NCBI GenBank assembly: GCA_028715785.1
Contig: JAQURC010000008.1
Location: 1 to 63,646, forward strand
Reading direction: 5' to 3'
Source: Candidatus Omnitrophota bacterium
Lineage (GTDB): Bacteria > Omnitrophota > Gorgyraeia > Gygaellales > Profunditerraquicolaceae
DNA: 63,646 nt
The first letter of the stretch is position 1; each line of letters starts with the position of its first letter. The notes beneath the pieces were generated by a model, which searched no databases, had not been told where the DNA came from, and worked only from the letters and a program-made list of their open reading frames with translations. Shown here piece by piece: positions 54,147-63,646 of the stretch. The translations under genes and the position numbers were made by a program.

Positions 54147-54798
54147 CCCGTTTGGTTTTTTCATTGCTTTTTTTGGCGGGTTTTTGGCCAGCCTTACGCC
54201 CTGCGTCTATCCGCTTATCCCGATCAGCGCCGGATACATCGTCGGTAATGCGCAAAATTCAAGGATCAAAGGGTTCCTCTTAAGCTTATCTTACGTTAGC
54301 GGCATTGCCATTACTTATTCCTTTCTGGGGGTCCTGGCGGTATTAACCGGCAGTATTTTCGGCAAGCTTAGCTCCAGCCCCGTCGTCAATCTTATTTCAG
54401 GGGTGATCATATTTATCTTCGGGCTGGCAATGTTCGATCTATTCAATTGCAATTTAGTTTCCGGTTTAAAGCTCCCGGCCATCAGGAAAGGCAGCTATCT
54501 GTCGGCCTTATTGTTCGGTCTTGTTTCAGGGTTAATGATCTCACCCTGCCTGACGCCGATCTTGGCTTCGATTTTGGCGTATTTATCCAATACCAAAAAC
54601 GTATTTTACGGGGCTTTTTTATTATTTTGTTTTTCTTACGGGATGGGTTTGATTTTTATTTTTATCGGCACTTTCGGGCCTGCCCTTACCGGTTTGCCTA
54701 AACCCGGAAAATGGATGGTTGCCATAAAGAAAATTTGCGCATCAGTGATTGTTTTATCGGGAGTATATTTTATTTTTACGGCAATAAGGAGGTTCTAG
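54130..54798 (+). CDS. ccdA: cytochrome c biogenesis / thiol-disulfide transporter CcdA (DsbD TM domain)
   Basis: Has six TM segments, with the conserved LTPCVYPLIP and ISPCLTPIL Cys-Pro motifs. Confidence 0.85.
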   Translation: MHPLGSPFGFFIAFFGGFLASLTPCVYPLIPISAGYIVGNAQNSRIKGFLLSLSYVSGIAITYSFLGVLAVLTGSIFGKLSSSPVVNLISGVIIFIFGLAMFDLFNCNLVSGLKLPAIRKGSYLSALLFGLVSGLMISPCLTPILASILAYLSNTKNVFYGAFLLFCFSYGMGLIFIFIGTFGPALTGLPKPGKWMVAIKKICASVIVLSGVYFIFTAIRRF

Positions 54799-55274
54799 TG
54801 GGATTTTTCAAAAAGAGCAGGATATTAGCGGGGTTTATTTTAATTTTCTTGGTTTTAGGCTTTTCCAATAAAGCCTCCGCCGCAGATATTATATTGAGTG
54901 ATTTAAACGGAAAAGCGGTGAATCTTTCCAATTATAACGGAAAGCCGACAATCTTATTTTTTTGGACCACCTGGTGCAGGTTTTGCCGTAACGAGATAAA
55001 GACGTTAAACCAGATGTATCCGCAAATGAAAAAAGAGGGGATAAATGTTTTTGCGGTCAATATCGGAGAATCAAGTTATACGGTGCAGAGGTTTTTTATG
55101 AGTTACGCGCTTGCTTTCCGGGTGCTTTTAGATAAAGACGGGCTGGCCGCGGACAAATATAATGTTATCGGGGTGCCCACATATATATTTATGGATAAAA
55201 CCGGGCGCGTAATTTCGGATGCGCACGCCTTACCGTTGGGTTATAAAAAGTTATTGCTGGGGAATAATGGCTAA
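54798..55274 (+). CDS. TlpA/ResA-like thioredoxin-fold thiol-disulfide oxidoreductase (signal-anchored)
   Basis: Contains the WTTWCRFC active site and an N-terminal hydrophobic segment. The GTG 54798 start lies behind AGGAGG and is in frame with the track ORF. Confidence 0.8.
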   Translation: MGFFKKSRILAGFILIFLVLGFSNKASAADIILSDLNGKAVNLSNYNGKPTILFFWTTWCRFCRNEIKTLNQMYPQMKKEGINVFAVNIGESSYTVQRFFMSYALAFRVLLDKDGLAADKYNVIGVPTYIFMDKTGRVISDAHALPLGYKKLLLGNNG

Positions 55275-55656
55275 ATTTTACGATCTAGTTGAGGAGATCT
55301 GTAACCAGGACGCAAGGTATAAGCCGGATGCCTATGAGTTTGTGCTGCGGGGCCTGAATTTCACGCAAAAGAAGCTGAAGAGAAAAAGCCATGTTTCCGG
55401 GGCCGAACTTGCCTGCGGCCTGCGTGATTACGCGATTAACCAATACGGGGCCCTGGCAAGCAGTGTTTTGGCGTATTGGGGGATCAAGCAGACGCAGGAT
55501 TTCGGCGATATTGTTTTTAACATGATCGAGAAAAAACTCCTGGCTAAGGCGCAAGGTGATTCCCCGGCTGATTTTAAGGCAGTTTATGATTTTAAGTCCG
55601 CTTTTGCCAATGTCTTGGCCGACAGCGTGATGGAAGGACTTAAAGGCAAGAAATGA
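55267..55656 (+). CDS. conserved hypothetical protein
   Basis: ATG 55267 lies behind GGGGA. The ORF is about 130 aa (MAKFYDLVEEICNQDARYKPDAYEFVLRGL). No confident family assignment. Confidence 0.55.
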   Translation: MAKFYDLVEEICNQDARYKPDAYEFVLRGLNFTQKKLKRKSHVSGAELACGLRDYAINQYGALASSVLAYWGIKQTQDFGDIVFNMIEKKLLAKAQGDSPADFKAVYDFKSAFANVLADSVMEGLKGKK

Positions 55657-56117
55657 TCAGTAAAGCCATAAAGGCCCTCATTGAATCCAGGGGATTTATC
55701 AGCACAGCCTCCTGTGATTTAGATGCCCGGCCCAACGCGGCCCCTAAATTTTTATTAAAGGTAGAGGCCAGCCATATTTACCTGGTAGATTATGTTATCG
55801 GCCAGACTTTTCGCAACCTTGCGGCCAATCCGCGCGTTTCGCTTTCTTTTCTGGATAATAATACCCTTATGGGTTATCAGATTAACGGCACAGTGGAGAT
55901 CATCGATAGCGGGCCGGAGTATGAGGCGGCGCTCAGTGATTTAGAACGTAAAGAAATAGATTTATCCGCGACCAGGATTATCGACGGAGTGATGAAGGGG
56001 CAGTCCCACAATGCTTATGAACTGGCTGCTTCCGAGCAGTTTGTGATTTTAAAAGTAAAAGTAGAAGAGATCGTCCAGATACATCCTACAGGCACCTTAA
56101 GGCGGGAAAAGGTATGA
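55653..56117 (+). CDS. pyridoxamine 5'-phosphate oxidase-like (split barrel flavin-binding) family protein
   Basis: 154 aa, with a pattern consistent with PNPOx-like proteins (ARPNAAPKF, NPRVSLSF). Confidence 0.6.
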   Translation: MISKAIKALIESRGFISTASCDLDARPNAAPKFLLKVEASHIYLVDYVIGQTFRNLAANPRVSLSFLDNNTLMGYQINGTVEIIDSGPEYEAALSDLERKEIDLSATRIIDGVMKGQSHNAYELAASEQFVILKVKVEEIVQIHPTGTLRREKV

Positions 56118-57145
56118 CCAAGATCAAAGGTTTGGCAACAGGTATCGGCAGCCTTCCTTTGCTTGAGCCTGAAGGCGCGGTAGATTTAATCTTACGTTAC
56201 GTTCCCGGCGCCCCTTTCTGGCCGCAATTGCCCAAGATTGATGCGCGTGAGGGGATGATCGCGCAATTTAGCCAGAACCTGCCCGGGCTTAAAATGGAGG
56301 CTAAAGGGTTAAGTTTTACCGCTGGCGACATAGAAAAAGAGCTGGAATTGTTCTATGAAAAAGTTATTTCCCAAGACCTGGAGTATTTTAAGATCAGCCC
56401 GGATTATGCCCGGGGCTTGCACGCATTTTATCGGCGGCTTAGCGGTCTGGACCTGGCCGGCATCGAATTTATCAAATGCCAGGTTACCGGCCCTTTTACC
56501 TTTTGTTCCGGAATAACCGGTTTAGACGGTAAAACTATTTTGCATGATGAAGTGTTGATGCAGGCGATGGTTAAGGGGTTGGGTATGAAGGCGCTTTGGC
56601 AGCTGGATTTATTCAAAAAATTCGGCAAAAAAATGATTATGTTTTTTGATGAGCCGTTTCTTAGCGCCGTAGGTTCTGCCTATACTCCGGTTGACCGCAG
56701 CGATGTAATTGACGTATTTTCAGAGCTTACGGACAGTTTAAAAGACAAGGGTTGCCTGATCGGTATCCACTGCTGCGGAAATACCGATTGGTCCATGCTT
56801 ACGGATACCAAAAATGTCGATATCATTAATTTTGATGCTTTTGAATTTCAGGAGAGGTTTGTGCTTTACGCGGATAACCTCAACAGTTTCTTAAAGAGAG
56901 GCGGGATTATCTGCTGGGGGATTGTTCCCACCCAGGGCTATAGCAGCCAAGGGCCGGAGATGCTGGCGCAAAAGATAAAATCCGGTTTAGATATATTAGT
57001 TAAGAAGAGGGTTGACCGTAACCTTTTGTTAGAAAGGCTGATGGTCAGCCCGGCCTGCGGTTTAGGCACCTTGGATGTCTCTAAGGCAGAAGGAATTTTA
57101 AGCCTGCTTGAACAAACCAGCGCTTTTATCCGCAAAAACTTCTAA
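56114..57145 (+). CDS. cobalamin-independent methionine synthase-like / URO-D-like TIM-barrel protein
   Basis: 343 aa. Contains GSLP and IHCCGNTDW and ends with a PACGLG motif, as in the MetE C-terminal family. Confidence 0.55.
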   Translation: MTKIKGLATGIGSLPLLEPEGAVDLILRYVPGAPFWPQLPKIDAREGMIAQFSQNLPGLKMEAKGLSFTAGDIEKELELFYEKVISQDLEYFKISPDYARGLHAFYRRLSGLDLAGIEFIKCQVTGPFTFCSGITGLDGKTILHDEVLMQAMVKGLGMKALWQLDLFKKFGKKMIMFFDEPFLSAVGSAYTPVDRSDVIDVFSELTDSLKDKGCLIGIHCCGNTDWSMLTDTKNVDIINFDAFEFQERFVLYADNLNSFLKRGGIICWGIVPTQGYSSQGPEMLAQKIKSGLDILVKKRVDRNLLLERLMVSPACGLGTLDVSKAEGILSLLEQTSAFIRKNF

Positions 57146-57156
57146 AAATAAACTAT

Positions 57157-57184
57157 TTGACAAAATAGGCATAAGTTATATAAT
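57157..57184 (+). promoter_or_regulatory. sigma70-like promoter upstream of porGDAB
   Basis: TTGACA, a 16-nt spacer, then TATAAT. Confidence 0.6.
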
Positions 57185-57234
57185 CAAGAAAATCGTTTTT
57201 GGCGATTTCAGAGCGGTATATAAGAAAGAATAAT

Positions 57235-57807
57235 ATGAAAGAGATCAGAATTCACGCCCGCGCCGGCCAGGGCGCGATTACTACAGCGGCATTGTTAGGG
57301 TTTAGCTATTTTAACGAAGGCAAATACCCTTATGCCTTTCCCAACTTCGGAGCAGCCAGGATGGGAGCGCCGATGAACGCCTTTGTGCGCGTAGATACCG
57401 ATCCGGTGCGCTTGCGCAGCCAGATTTATGAGCCTGACTACGTAATCATCGTTGACCCCACGCTGATGCGCGGTTATAACTGTTTTTCCGGATTAAAGGA
57501 TGACGGGGTGGCGATTATCAACGGTAAGGAGGACATGGAGCTGCCCAAATTAAAAGCCAAACAAAGAGTTTTTGTGGTCCCGGCTAATGAAATTGCCTTA
57601 AAAAATATCGGCCGTCCGTTAGGCAACACCGCCTTAATCGGGGCATTCGCGGCGGCTACCGGAGAATTGAAACTGGATAATATTATCGCGGTAGTCAAAA
57701 ATCGCTTTAAGGGTAAGGCCCAGGAAGGCAATATTCAGGCAGTTAAAGAAGGTTTTGAATTTGTTAAAAATAAACTAAAAGCCGGCCTGTCCGGCAGGCA
57801 GGGATAA
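57235..57807 (+). CDS. porC: 2-oxoacid (pyruvate-type):ferredoxin oxidoreductase gamma subunit
   Basis: Begins IRIHARAGQGAITTA. The start is set at ATG 57235. Confidence 0.85.
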   Translation: MKEIRIHARAGQGAITTAALLGFSYFNEGKYPYAFPNFGAARMGAPMNAFVRVDTDPVRLRSQIYEPDYVIIVDPTLMRGYNCFSGLKDDGVAIINGKEDMELPKLKAKQRVFVVPANEIALKNIGRPLGNTALIGAFAAATGELKLDNIIAVVKNRFKGKAQEGNIQAVKEGFEFVKNKLKAGLSGRQG

Positions 57808-57808
57808 A

Positions 57809-58081
57809 ATGTTTGGGCCATTGACCGTAAATCCGGCAAAAAGTAAAGGCAGTAAGACCGGCAGCTGGAGAACCCTGCTGCGGCCGCATTATTTGCATAA
57901 GAACTGTATTGCCTGCAGGATGTGTTTGATGATCTGTCCGGAGGGTTGTGTCCGCGGAAAAGAAAAGAACACTTTTTCGGTGGATTACACTTATTGCAAG
58001 GGCTGCGGGTTATGCGCGGATATCTGCCCGAAAAAAGATATTGAGATGGTTCCCGAAGAATCAAAAGAAGAGGGCAAATGA
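57809..58081 (+). CDS. porD: 2-oxoacid:ferredoxin oxidoreductase delta subunit (2x4Fe-4S)
   Basis: Contains CIACRMCLMICP and CKGCGLCADICP. Confidence 0.85.
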   Translation: MFGPLTVNPAKSKGSKTGSWRTLLRPHYLHKNCIACRMCLMICPEGCVRGKEKNTFSVDYTYCKGCGLCADICPKKDIEMVPEESKEEGK

Positions 58082-59265
58082 AAGAATTCGTAGAAGGATC
58101 ACACGCGATAGCGGAAATTATCAAGGCCACCCAGCCGGGTGTAATCTCGGCTTATCCGATCACGCCTCAGACGCATATTGTCGAAGACCTCGCGCAGATG
58201 GTGGCTAACAAAGAACTTAATTCACAGTTTGTCAACGTGGAAAGCGAGCATTCCGCAGCCAGCGTAGTTTTAGGGGGTTCGGCAGCCGGAGTGCGTGTTT
58301 ATACCGCGACCAGTTCCCAGGGGTTATTCTACATGCAGGAGGTGGTTTTTAATATTGCCGGAATGCGCCTGCCGGTGGTTATGACCTGCGCCAACCGCGC
58401 GATCAGCGCTCCGATCAATATTTGGAATGACCAGCAGGATTCCATATCTTTGCGTGATGCCGGATGGTTCCAGGTTTACGCCGAGGATAATCAGGAGGCA
58501 GTTGATTTCCACCTGATTGCTTACCGCCTGGCCGAAGATAAACGGGTGATGCTTCCGGTGATGGTCTGTATGGATGGTTTTATCCTGACCCACGGGATGG
58601 AAACAGTGGATATTCCCGAACAGGAGAAAGTGAATAAATTTTTACCGGCGTATAAGCCTTTGTATAAATTAGACACGGCTGAGCCGATTTCCATGGGGCT
58701 TTTGGCGGATCCGGATTATTATATGGAGACGCGTTTTGCCATCCAGGAAACGATGAAAGAATCAATCGGGTATTTATCCGGAATAAGCAAAGAGTTTAAT
58801 GCGGTTTTTGGCCGGGATTATAAAGATTTACTGGTTGAAGAATACCAGACCAAGGATGCAGAAAAAGTGATTGTGGCCATGGGTTCGGTTTGCGGCACAA
58901 TCAAGGAAGTGGTTGATGAACAGCGCGCCAAAGGCAAAAAAGTCGGGCTCTTACGGATTATCACCTACCGGCCTTTTCCTTATGCAAGAGTTTATGAAGC
59001 TTTAAAGAATGTGCCTAAAGTCGCGGTTTTAGATAAAGCCGTTTCTTTGGGGGCTTACGCGCCGATTGCCGTAGAGATAAAAGCCGCCTTCTATGGCAAG
59101 AAAAAAGGCCCCAAAGTTGCCAGCAGTTTTGTCGCCGGCCTTGGCGGAAGAGACATAACCTTGGAATCTATCCATGAAGTATTTAGAAGGCTTACGGTCA
59201 AGGAAGTTAATTCTGATTTCATCGATTTAAAACCAGAGTTACTCAAGGAAGAATATGGAGAATAG
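58078..59265 (+). CDS. porA: 2-oxoacid:ferredoxin oxidoreductase alpha subunit
   Basis: Contains YPITPQT and SEHSA, and is 395 aa long. Confidence 0.9.
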   Translation: MKEFVEGSHAIAEIIKATQPGVISAYPITPQTHIVEDLAQMVANKELNSQFVNVESEHSAASVVLGGSAAGVRVYTATSSQGLFYMQEVVFNIAGMRLPVVMTCANRAISAPINIWNDQQDSISLRDAGWFQVYAEDNQEAVDFHLIAYRLAEDKRVMLPVMVCMDGFILTHGMETVDIPEQEKVNKFLPAYKPLYKLDTAEPISMGLLADPDYYMETRFAIQETMKESIGYLSGISKEFNAVFGRDYKDLLVEEYQTKDAEKVIVAMGSVCGTIKEVVDEQRAKGKKVGLLRIITYRPFPYARVYEALKNVPKVAVLDKAVSLGAYAPIAVEIKAAFYGKKKGPKVASSFVAGLGGRDITLESIHEVFRRLTVKEVNSDFIDLKPELLKEEYGE

Positions 59266-60133
59266 CCCTTTATTTAAATCCGGACATACCGCTTGCGCCG
59301 GCTGCGGCCAGGCGATTGCCGCGCGCCTGGTTATTGAAGCGGCGGGAGCAAATACTATCGTCGTCAATAATACCGGCTGCCTGGAAGTTTTTTCAACCAA
59401 ATACCCGGATACTGCCTGGGGGGTCCCCTGGATCCATTCCCTGTTTGAAAATTCCGCCGCGGTGGCATCCGGGGTTGAGGCGGCGCTGATCTATTTAGGA
59501 AAGAAGAACGCGACTAATGTTATTGCCCAGGGCGGTGACGGCTCAACCGGGGATATCGGCCTGCAGGCCTTAAGCGGCATGCTTGAGCGCGGCCATGATA
59601 TTTTGTATGTGTGTTATGATAACGAAGCCTACATGAATACCGGGGTGCAGAGAAGCGGGCTGACTCCTTTTGATACCAATACCACGACCAGCCCTGCGGG
59701 GGCGCAATCTTCGGGAAACATCCGGCCCAAAAAACCGGTGCCTGAAATTTGCCTGGCGCATGGAATCCCTTATGTGGCCACGGCCTCGGTTGGTTTTCCG
59801 CAGGATTTATCGCGTAAAGTAAAAAAGGCAATTTCGATAAAAGGCCCAAAGTATATCCAGATACACGCGTCCTGCCCTTTGGGTTGGCGCCATGAATCAA
59901 ACCAGATGCTGCCGGTGGCGAAATTAGCGGTAGAAACCGGGCTTTATCCTCTATTTGAATATGAAAACGGCGTATTAGCCGGACGTAAACAAATTATTCC
60001 TAAGCCGGTTGAGGAATATTTAAAGACTCAAGGCAGGTTTAAACATCTCCTCAATAATCCTGAAGAGATCAAAAAAATTCAGGAGATTGCGGATAATAAT
60101 ATAAAGAAGTACAATTTGAAGTTAGAATCTTAA
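59255..60133 (+). CDS. porB: 2-oxoacid:ferredoxin oxidoreductase beta subunit (TPP-binding)
   Basis: Contains CAGCGQ and GGDGSTGDIG. Confidence 0.9.
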   Translation: MENSPLFKSGHTACAGCGQAIAARLVIEAAGANTIVVNNTGCLEVFSTKYPDTAWGVPWIHSLFENSAAVASGVEAALIYLGKKNATNVIAQGGDGSTGDIGLQALSGMLERGHDILYVCYDNEAYMNTGVQRSGLTPFDTNTTTSPAGAQSSGNIRPKKPVPEICLAHGIPYVATASVGFPQDLSRKVKKAISIKGPKYIQIHASCPLGWRHESNQMLPVAKLAVETGLYPLFEYENGVLAGRKQIIPKPVEEYLKTQGRFKHLLNNPEEIKKIQEIADNNIKKYNLKLES

Positions 60134-60148
60134 CAGGGGAGGGCGGAT

Positions 60149-60628
60149 ATGGGAAAACAAGCAAGGGCAATTGTCGATTTAAGCTTAAAAGACCTGGTTA
60201 AGGATTTGAATAAAGCGTATTGCGATGAGTGGCTGGCATTTTATCTTTACTGGTACATGGCCCAGATCGTTTCCGGCCGCGCCTATGAAGATATCCAGGA
60301 GATGTTAGAGAAAATAGCCAAGGATGAATTGGAGCATGCCGGTGAATTGGCGGATTTAATTATCAAACTGGGCGATGTTCCGCCGGCCAATCCGATGGAC
60401 CTGGAAAAAGGGGCCAACTCTCCTTATTTAATGCCTCCGAAGAATACCGCCGATATCAACCGGATTATCCGCATTGTAACTGAAGCAGAGGCAGGGGCAA
60501 TTGAGGTTTATAATAAGATTGCCAAGAAGACGCTCGGCAAAGACAATGTTACTTATCAGCTGGTCACTCATATATTGAGCGAAGAAGTAACGCACGAAGA
60601 GATGTTTGAAAATCTTTTGGAGAGATAA
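60149..60628 (+). CDS. ferritin-like (Dps-like/bacterioferritin-like) di-iron protein
   Basis: A four-helix ferritin pattern with DELEHA and EEVTHEE carboxylate/His pairs. Confidence 0.7.
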   Translation: MGKQARAIVDLSLKDLVKDLNKAYCDEWLAFYLYWYMAQIVSGRAYEDIQEMLEKIAKDELEHAGELADLIIKLGDVPPANPMDLEKGANSPYLMPPKNTADINRIIRIVTEAEAGAIEVYNKIAKKTLGKDNVTYQLVTHILSEEVTHEEMFENLLER

Positions 60629-60645
60629 TAAAAGGGAGAACGAAT

Positions 60646-60828
60646 ATGTCAAAGGTTACGGTTGATGCTTCTACTTGCGTAGGATGCGGTTTATGCGAGC
60701 AGTCATGCCCGGATGTTTTTGAAGTGCAGGGTGACGGGATTGCCCATGTCAAGGCGCAGACTTGCGCAAGCTGCAATTTACAGGAAGTAGCCGATTCCTG
60801 TCCGGTTAACGCGATAAAAGTAAGCTAA
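60646..60828 (+). CDS. small 4Fe-4S ferredoxin
   Basis: 60 aa, with CVGCGLCEQSCP ... CASC ... CPVNAI. Confidence 0.85.
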   Translation: MSKVTVDASTCVGCGLCEQSCPDVFEVQGDGIAHVKAQTCASCNLQEVADSCPVNAIKVS

Positions 60829-60838
60829 AAGAAAACAT

Positions 60839-60922
60839 AAGGGGACGGTTCTATTTTTTATCCACAGAGTAGCTGACGTTTAAACGTCAGCTACAAAGTA
60901 CAGAAAAATATAACCGTCCCCT
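60839..60922 (+). repeat. REP-1 element, copy 4, between the convergent ferredoxin and SurA-like genes
   Basis: It is near-identical to copy 1 and is followed by GTTTTTT. It probably also acts as a bidirectional terminator. Confidence 0.9.
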
Positions 60923-60927
60923 GTTTT

Positions 60928-62049
60928 TTATTGCGCCTTTTTAATCAACTCTTCAGTAAACTTACCAAAAACTTCGTTTTTATTTTCCGAGATTAATTTT
61001 TGGCTAAATTCCTGTTTTTCCTTAGCGAATTTAGCTTCATCGATAGGCTTGATTGCATCCAGCTTGATAATATAATAGCCTTTTTCGTTAGAAAGTATAC
61101 TGCTTAGCTCTTTATCTTTTAGCTTTTTGGCGGTATTCCAGAAAATTTCCGCAGCGCCTAAGTTTTCAACCTGGCCGCTGGATTTGAAGAAGGCGGTTTG
61201 TCCGGTTTTTAATCCGCTGGATTTGGCCGCTCGAACAAATTCCTCATTTTTTAATATTTCTGCGCATTCCTTTATTTTATCCTCCGCCATTTTTTTAGTT
61301 TTTTCTTTAATCAAGGCGTTTTTAACCTTGTCCTTAATCTCGGTTAAATCCGGGATACGCGCCGGTTTATCTTTAACAGGAGGTTCTTTAAACATAGCTT
61401 TATTCTTGCCAAAGAAAGAAGCGATTTCTTCATCGGTGGGCTTGATTTTTGCGGCAAAATCGGAAAATAAACTGGCAATATAATGAATATTTAATTCCTG
61501 GTTGGCTTGCGTGTATTTTTGGCGGATCTGCTCATCGCTTAGCCGCACATCTTTAGTTACCTGCTCGTAAAGTTTAGCCAGGGTCAAACTCTGGCGCATC
61601 TGTTCCTCAAAAATGCGCGGCTGCAGCCTGAAGACATAGCGCAGGGTTTGGACATAGGCTTTATTATTAAAGCCGTTTTTGTCCTGAAAATAAGCGGCGC
61701 TCTGGATTGTGTTGATAACTTCTTTGTCGCTTATGTTGATTTTACGCCTTTTTGCTTCATGCAAAAGGATCAACCTTTGCCAGGCTTGCGCCTCTAAGTT
61801 TAAGTATTTCTCAATCTCCGGGAGTTTATCCCCGAATTGCATAGTGGCCGATGTCCTTACGGCTGAAAGGGATTCTTTAAACTCAAGATTTGAGACATTA
61901 TGGCCGAATATCCTCCCGACAGCGGCAGTTTCTTCCTTACTGCGGAATGCCCCCCCGAATCCCCAGAGAGCAAAGGCAGGGATGATGATTATGGCTAAAC
62001 CAATCCAGACTTTTTTCGCGGTTTTCTTATTGCGTAAAATTTTTAACAT
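60928..62049 (-). CDS. SurA N-terminal domain / PpiD-like periplasmic chaperone (signal-anchored)
   Basis: Has an N-terminal TM segment (VWIGLAIIIIPAFALWGF) and a lysine-rich helical body typical of PpiD/SurA-N proteins. No clear PPIase motif is visible. Confidence 0.65.
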   Translation of the reverse strand: MLKILRNKKTAKKVWIGLAIIIIPAFALWGFGGAFRSKEETAAVGRIFGHNVSNLEFKESLSAVRTSATMQFGDKLPEIEKYLNLEAQAWQRLILLHEAKRRKINISDKEVINTIQSAAYFQDKNGFNNKAYVQTLRYVFRLQPRIFEEQMRQSLTLAKLYEQVTKDVRLSDEQIRQKYTQANQELNIHYIASLFSDFAAKIKPTDEEIASFFGKNKAMFKEPPVKDKPARIPDLTEIKDKVKNALIKEKTKKMAEDKIKECAEILKNEEFVRAAKSSGLKTGQTAFFKSSGQVENLGAAEIFWNTAKKLKDKELSSILSNEKGYYIIKLDAIKPIDEAKFAKEKQEFSQKLISENKNEVFGKFTEELIKKAQ

Positions 62050-62115
62050 TTTAACCTCCGGCTATATTCATTAATTATAAAACAAAATAGGATGATTGCA
62101 AGAAACAATATAATA

Positions 62116-62285
62116 TTCTAGCGGATGGCTTGGCTTGATTTCGAGCAGGGCGTTTGCAGGCCGAGCGGGCACGGCTGCCCACAATAAATGCTCCGGCAGA
62201 GCGAGGCCGAAACCCGAGCGCAGTTTGCCGCGCAGGGGCAAACAAGCGTCCCTGCGAGAAAACAAGGCAAGGCAGACGCGCAGAG
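62116..62285 (-). repeat. family B structured repeat, copy 2
   Basis: See copy 1. Internal hairpins are GGGCAcggcTGCCC and GTTTGCCgcgcaggGGCAAAC. Confidence 0.8.
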
Positions 62286-62295
62286 TTATTTTTAT

Positions 62296-62324
62296 TTGCT
62301 AAAATGGCAGGATTTTGGTATAAT
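62296..62324 (+). promoter_or_regulatory. sigma70-like promoter upstream of purB
   Basis: TTGCTA, a 17-nt spacer ending in TGG, then TATAAT. Confidence 0.55.
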
Positions 62325-62356
62325 TAATTTCCTAAAGAGCAAAGGAGAGCCCCGTA

Positions 62357-63646
62357 ATGATTGAGCGTTACAGCCTGGCGAAAATGAAGGGTATCTGGCA
62401 GGAGGAGTTTAAGTTTAAGACTATGCTTGCCATCGAGATACTCGCGCTTGAGGCTTACGCTGCCAAAAAAATCGTCCCGCGACAAGCGGTAAAACGCGTC
62501 AAACAAAAAGCCAGATTTAACCTGTCCGAAATCCGGAAAATCGAAGAGAAGACACAACATGATGTTGTGGCGTTTGTTTCCAACGTAGCCCAATATATAG
62601 GCAAAGACGCCCAATACCTGCATATGGGCCTGACCTCTTCCGATATCTTGGATACTACCCTAGGCGTGCAGATAAAAAACGCCTCCGACATCTTAATCGA
62701 AGATTTAGAAAAATTACTCAAAGTTTTAGCCGAAAAAGCTATAGCCTATAAAGATATGGCTTGTATTGGTCGCACGCATGGGGTGCATGCCGAGCCGACG
62801 ACCTTTGGTTTAAAGCTGGCGCTCTGGTTTGATGAAACCCGGCGGAATTTAGCCCGGTTAAAATCCGCCAGAGAAGGAGCTTGTTTAGGAAAATTATCCG
62901 GAGCAGTCGGCACATATTCGAATATCGAGCCTTATGTTGAAGCTTATGTCTGCAAGAAGCTGGGCCTTAGGCCGGTGAATATTGCCACCCAGGTAATACA
63001 ACGGGATGTATACGCACAATATATGGCGGTGCTGGCGGTAATCGGCGCGTCATTAGAAAAATTCGCTACTGAAATCAGGCATTTGCAGAAAACCGAAGTT
63101 TTAGAAGTTGAAGAGCCGTTTGGCAAAGGGCAGAAGGGATCCAGCGCCATGCCGCATAAGCGCAATCCGGTAATCTGTGAGCGTATCTGTGGTTTAGCCC
63201 GCCTGTTGCGCGCCAACGCCCAAGTTGCCTTAGAAAATGTGGCGCTTTGGCATGAACGCGATATCAGCCATTCTTCGGTTGAGCGGGTAATTTTTCCGGA
63301 TTCCACTTTAGCCTTGGATTATATGCTGAATAAATTTATCGAAGTAGTTTCCGGGATGAAAGTTTATCCGGAGAATATGCTGGCTAACCTTGCTAAAACC
63401 CGCGGCCTGATTTTTTCACAGCGGGCCCTGATTGCTTTAATGAATAAAGGGCTGGAGAGAACCAAGGCCTATGATTTAGTGCAGCAGGCAGCCATGCAAA
63501 CCTGGAAGGGCTCCGGTAATTTTAAGGATAATCTTTTAGCTTTGCCGCAAGCAGCCAAATATTTAAGCGCCAAAGAGCTGGATAAGCTGTTTGATTTGGA
63601 TTTTTACTTGCGCAACGTTAATAAAATCTTTGTGAAGGTCGGATTA
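62357..63646 (+). CDS. purB: adenylosuccinate lyase, 3' end beyond the window (not in the supplied ORF track because it has no stop)
   Basis: My own translation from ATG 62357, behind AAAGGAGAG, gives MIERYSLAKMKGIWQEE..., TSSDILDT and the signature GSSAMPHKRNP. The frame stays open to the window end. Confidence 0.9.
   Translation, partial: MIERYSLAKMKGIWQEEFKFKTMLAIEILALEAYAAKKIVPRQAVKRVKQKARFNLSEIRKIEEKTQHDVVAFVSNVAQYIGKDAQYLHMGLTSSDILDTTLGVQIKNASDILIEDLEKLLKVLAEKAIAYKDMACIGRTHGVHAEPTTFGLKLALWFDETRRNLARLKSAREGACLGKLSGAVGTYSNIEPYVEAYVCKKLGLRPVNIATQVIQRDVYAQYMAVLAVIGASLEKFATEIRHLQKTEVLEVEEPFGKGQKGSSAMPHKRNPVICERICGLARLLRANAQVALENVALWHERDISHSSVERVIFPDSTLALDYMLNKFIEVVSGMKVYPENMLANLAKTRGLIFSQRALIALMNKGLERTKAYDLVQQAAMQTWKGSGNFKDNLLALPQAAKYLSAKELDKLFDLDFYLRNVNKIFVKVGL

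Overview
This is a gene-dense 63.6 kb window, almost entirely on the + strand. It looks like the core chromosome of an anaerobic diderm bacterium (lpxB and msbA are present); I cannot assign a lineage from sequence alone.

Gene content, left to right:
- A four-subunit sulfhydrogenase-type (group 3b-like) [NiFe] hydrogenase, its endopeptidase, a HypC-HydE fusion, HydG, and NfnAB-like genes.
- An FMN glutamate-synthase-like gene, then a 639-aa unknown protein paired with an HD-GYP protein.
- pyrG, carA and a half-size carB, then DUF1846, a beta-CASP nuclease, an L27-like protein and an M48 peptidase.
- A minus-strand pair (Gfo/Idh/MocA oxidoreductase and lpxB), then msbA.
- rpsB-tsf-pyrH-frr and three tRNAs (Lys-UUU, Leu-UAG, Gly-GCC).
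- A permease-less PTS cluster (ptsN, yvcK-like, ptsH, ptsI), then metK, ahcY, pfkA, fba, ilvD-B-N-C, leuA, aroE, pilD and malQ.
- A ttcA-like gene, rmuC, thiol-redox genes, porGDAB, a ferritin-like protein, a ferredoxin, a SurA-like chaperone (minus strand), and the start of purB.

The housekeeping genes are ordinary. The unusual signals are these:
1. A HypC domain is covalently fused to HydE and followed by a complete HydG, all inside a [NiFe] hydrogenase operon.
2. Nearly every sizeable intergenic gap holds one of several dispersed palindromic or structured repeat families. Two of these are about 170-220 nt long and show compensatory stem substitutions between copies.
3. One structured GC-rich element sits in frame inside ttcA, between the two cysteines of its CxxC motif. 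Smaller palindrome-bearing in-frame insertions occur in lpxB and nfnA.

No CRISPR array, rRNA, transposase or phage gene was seen.
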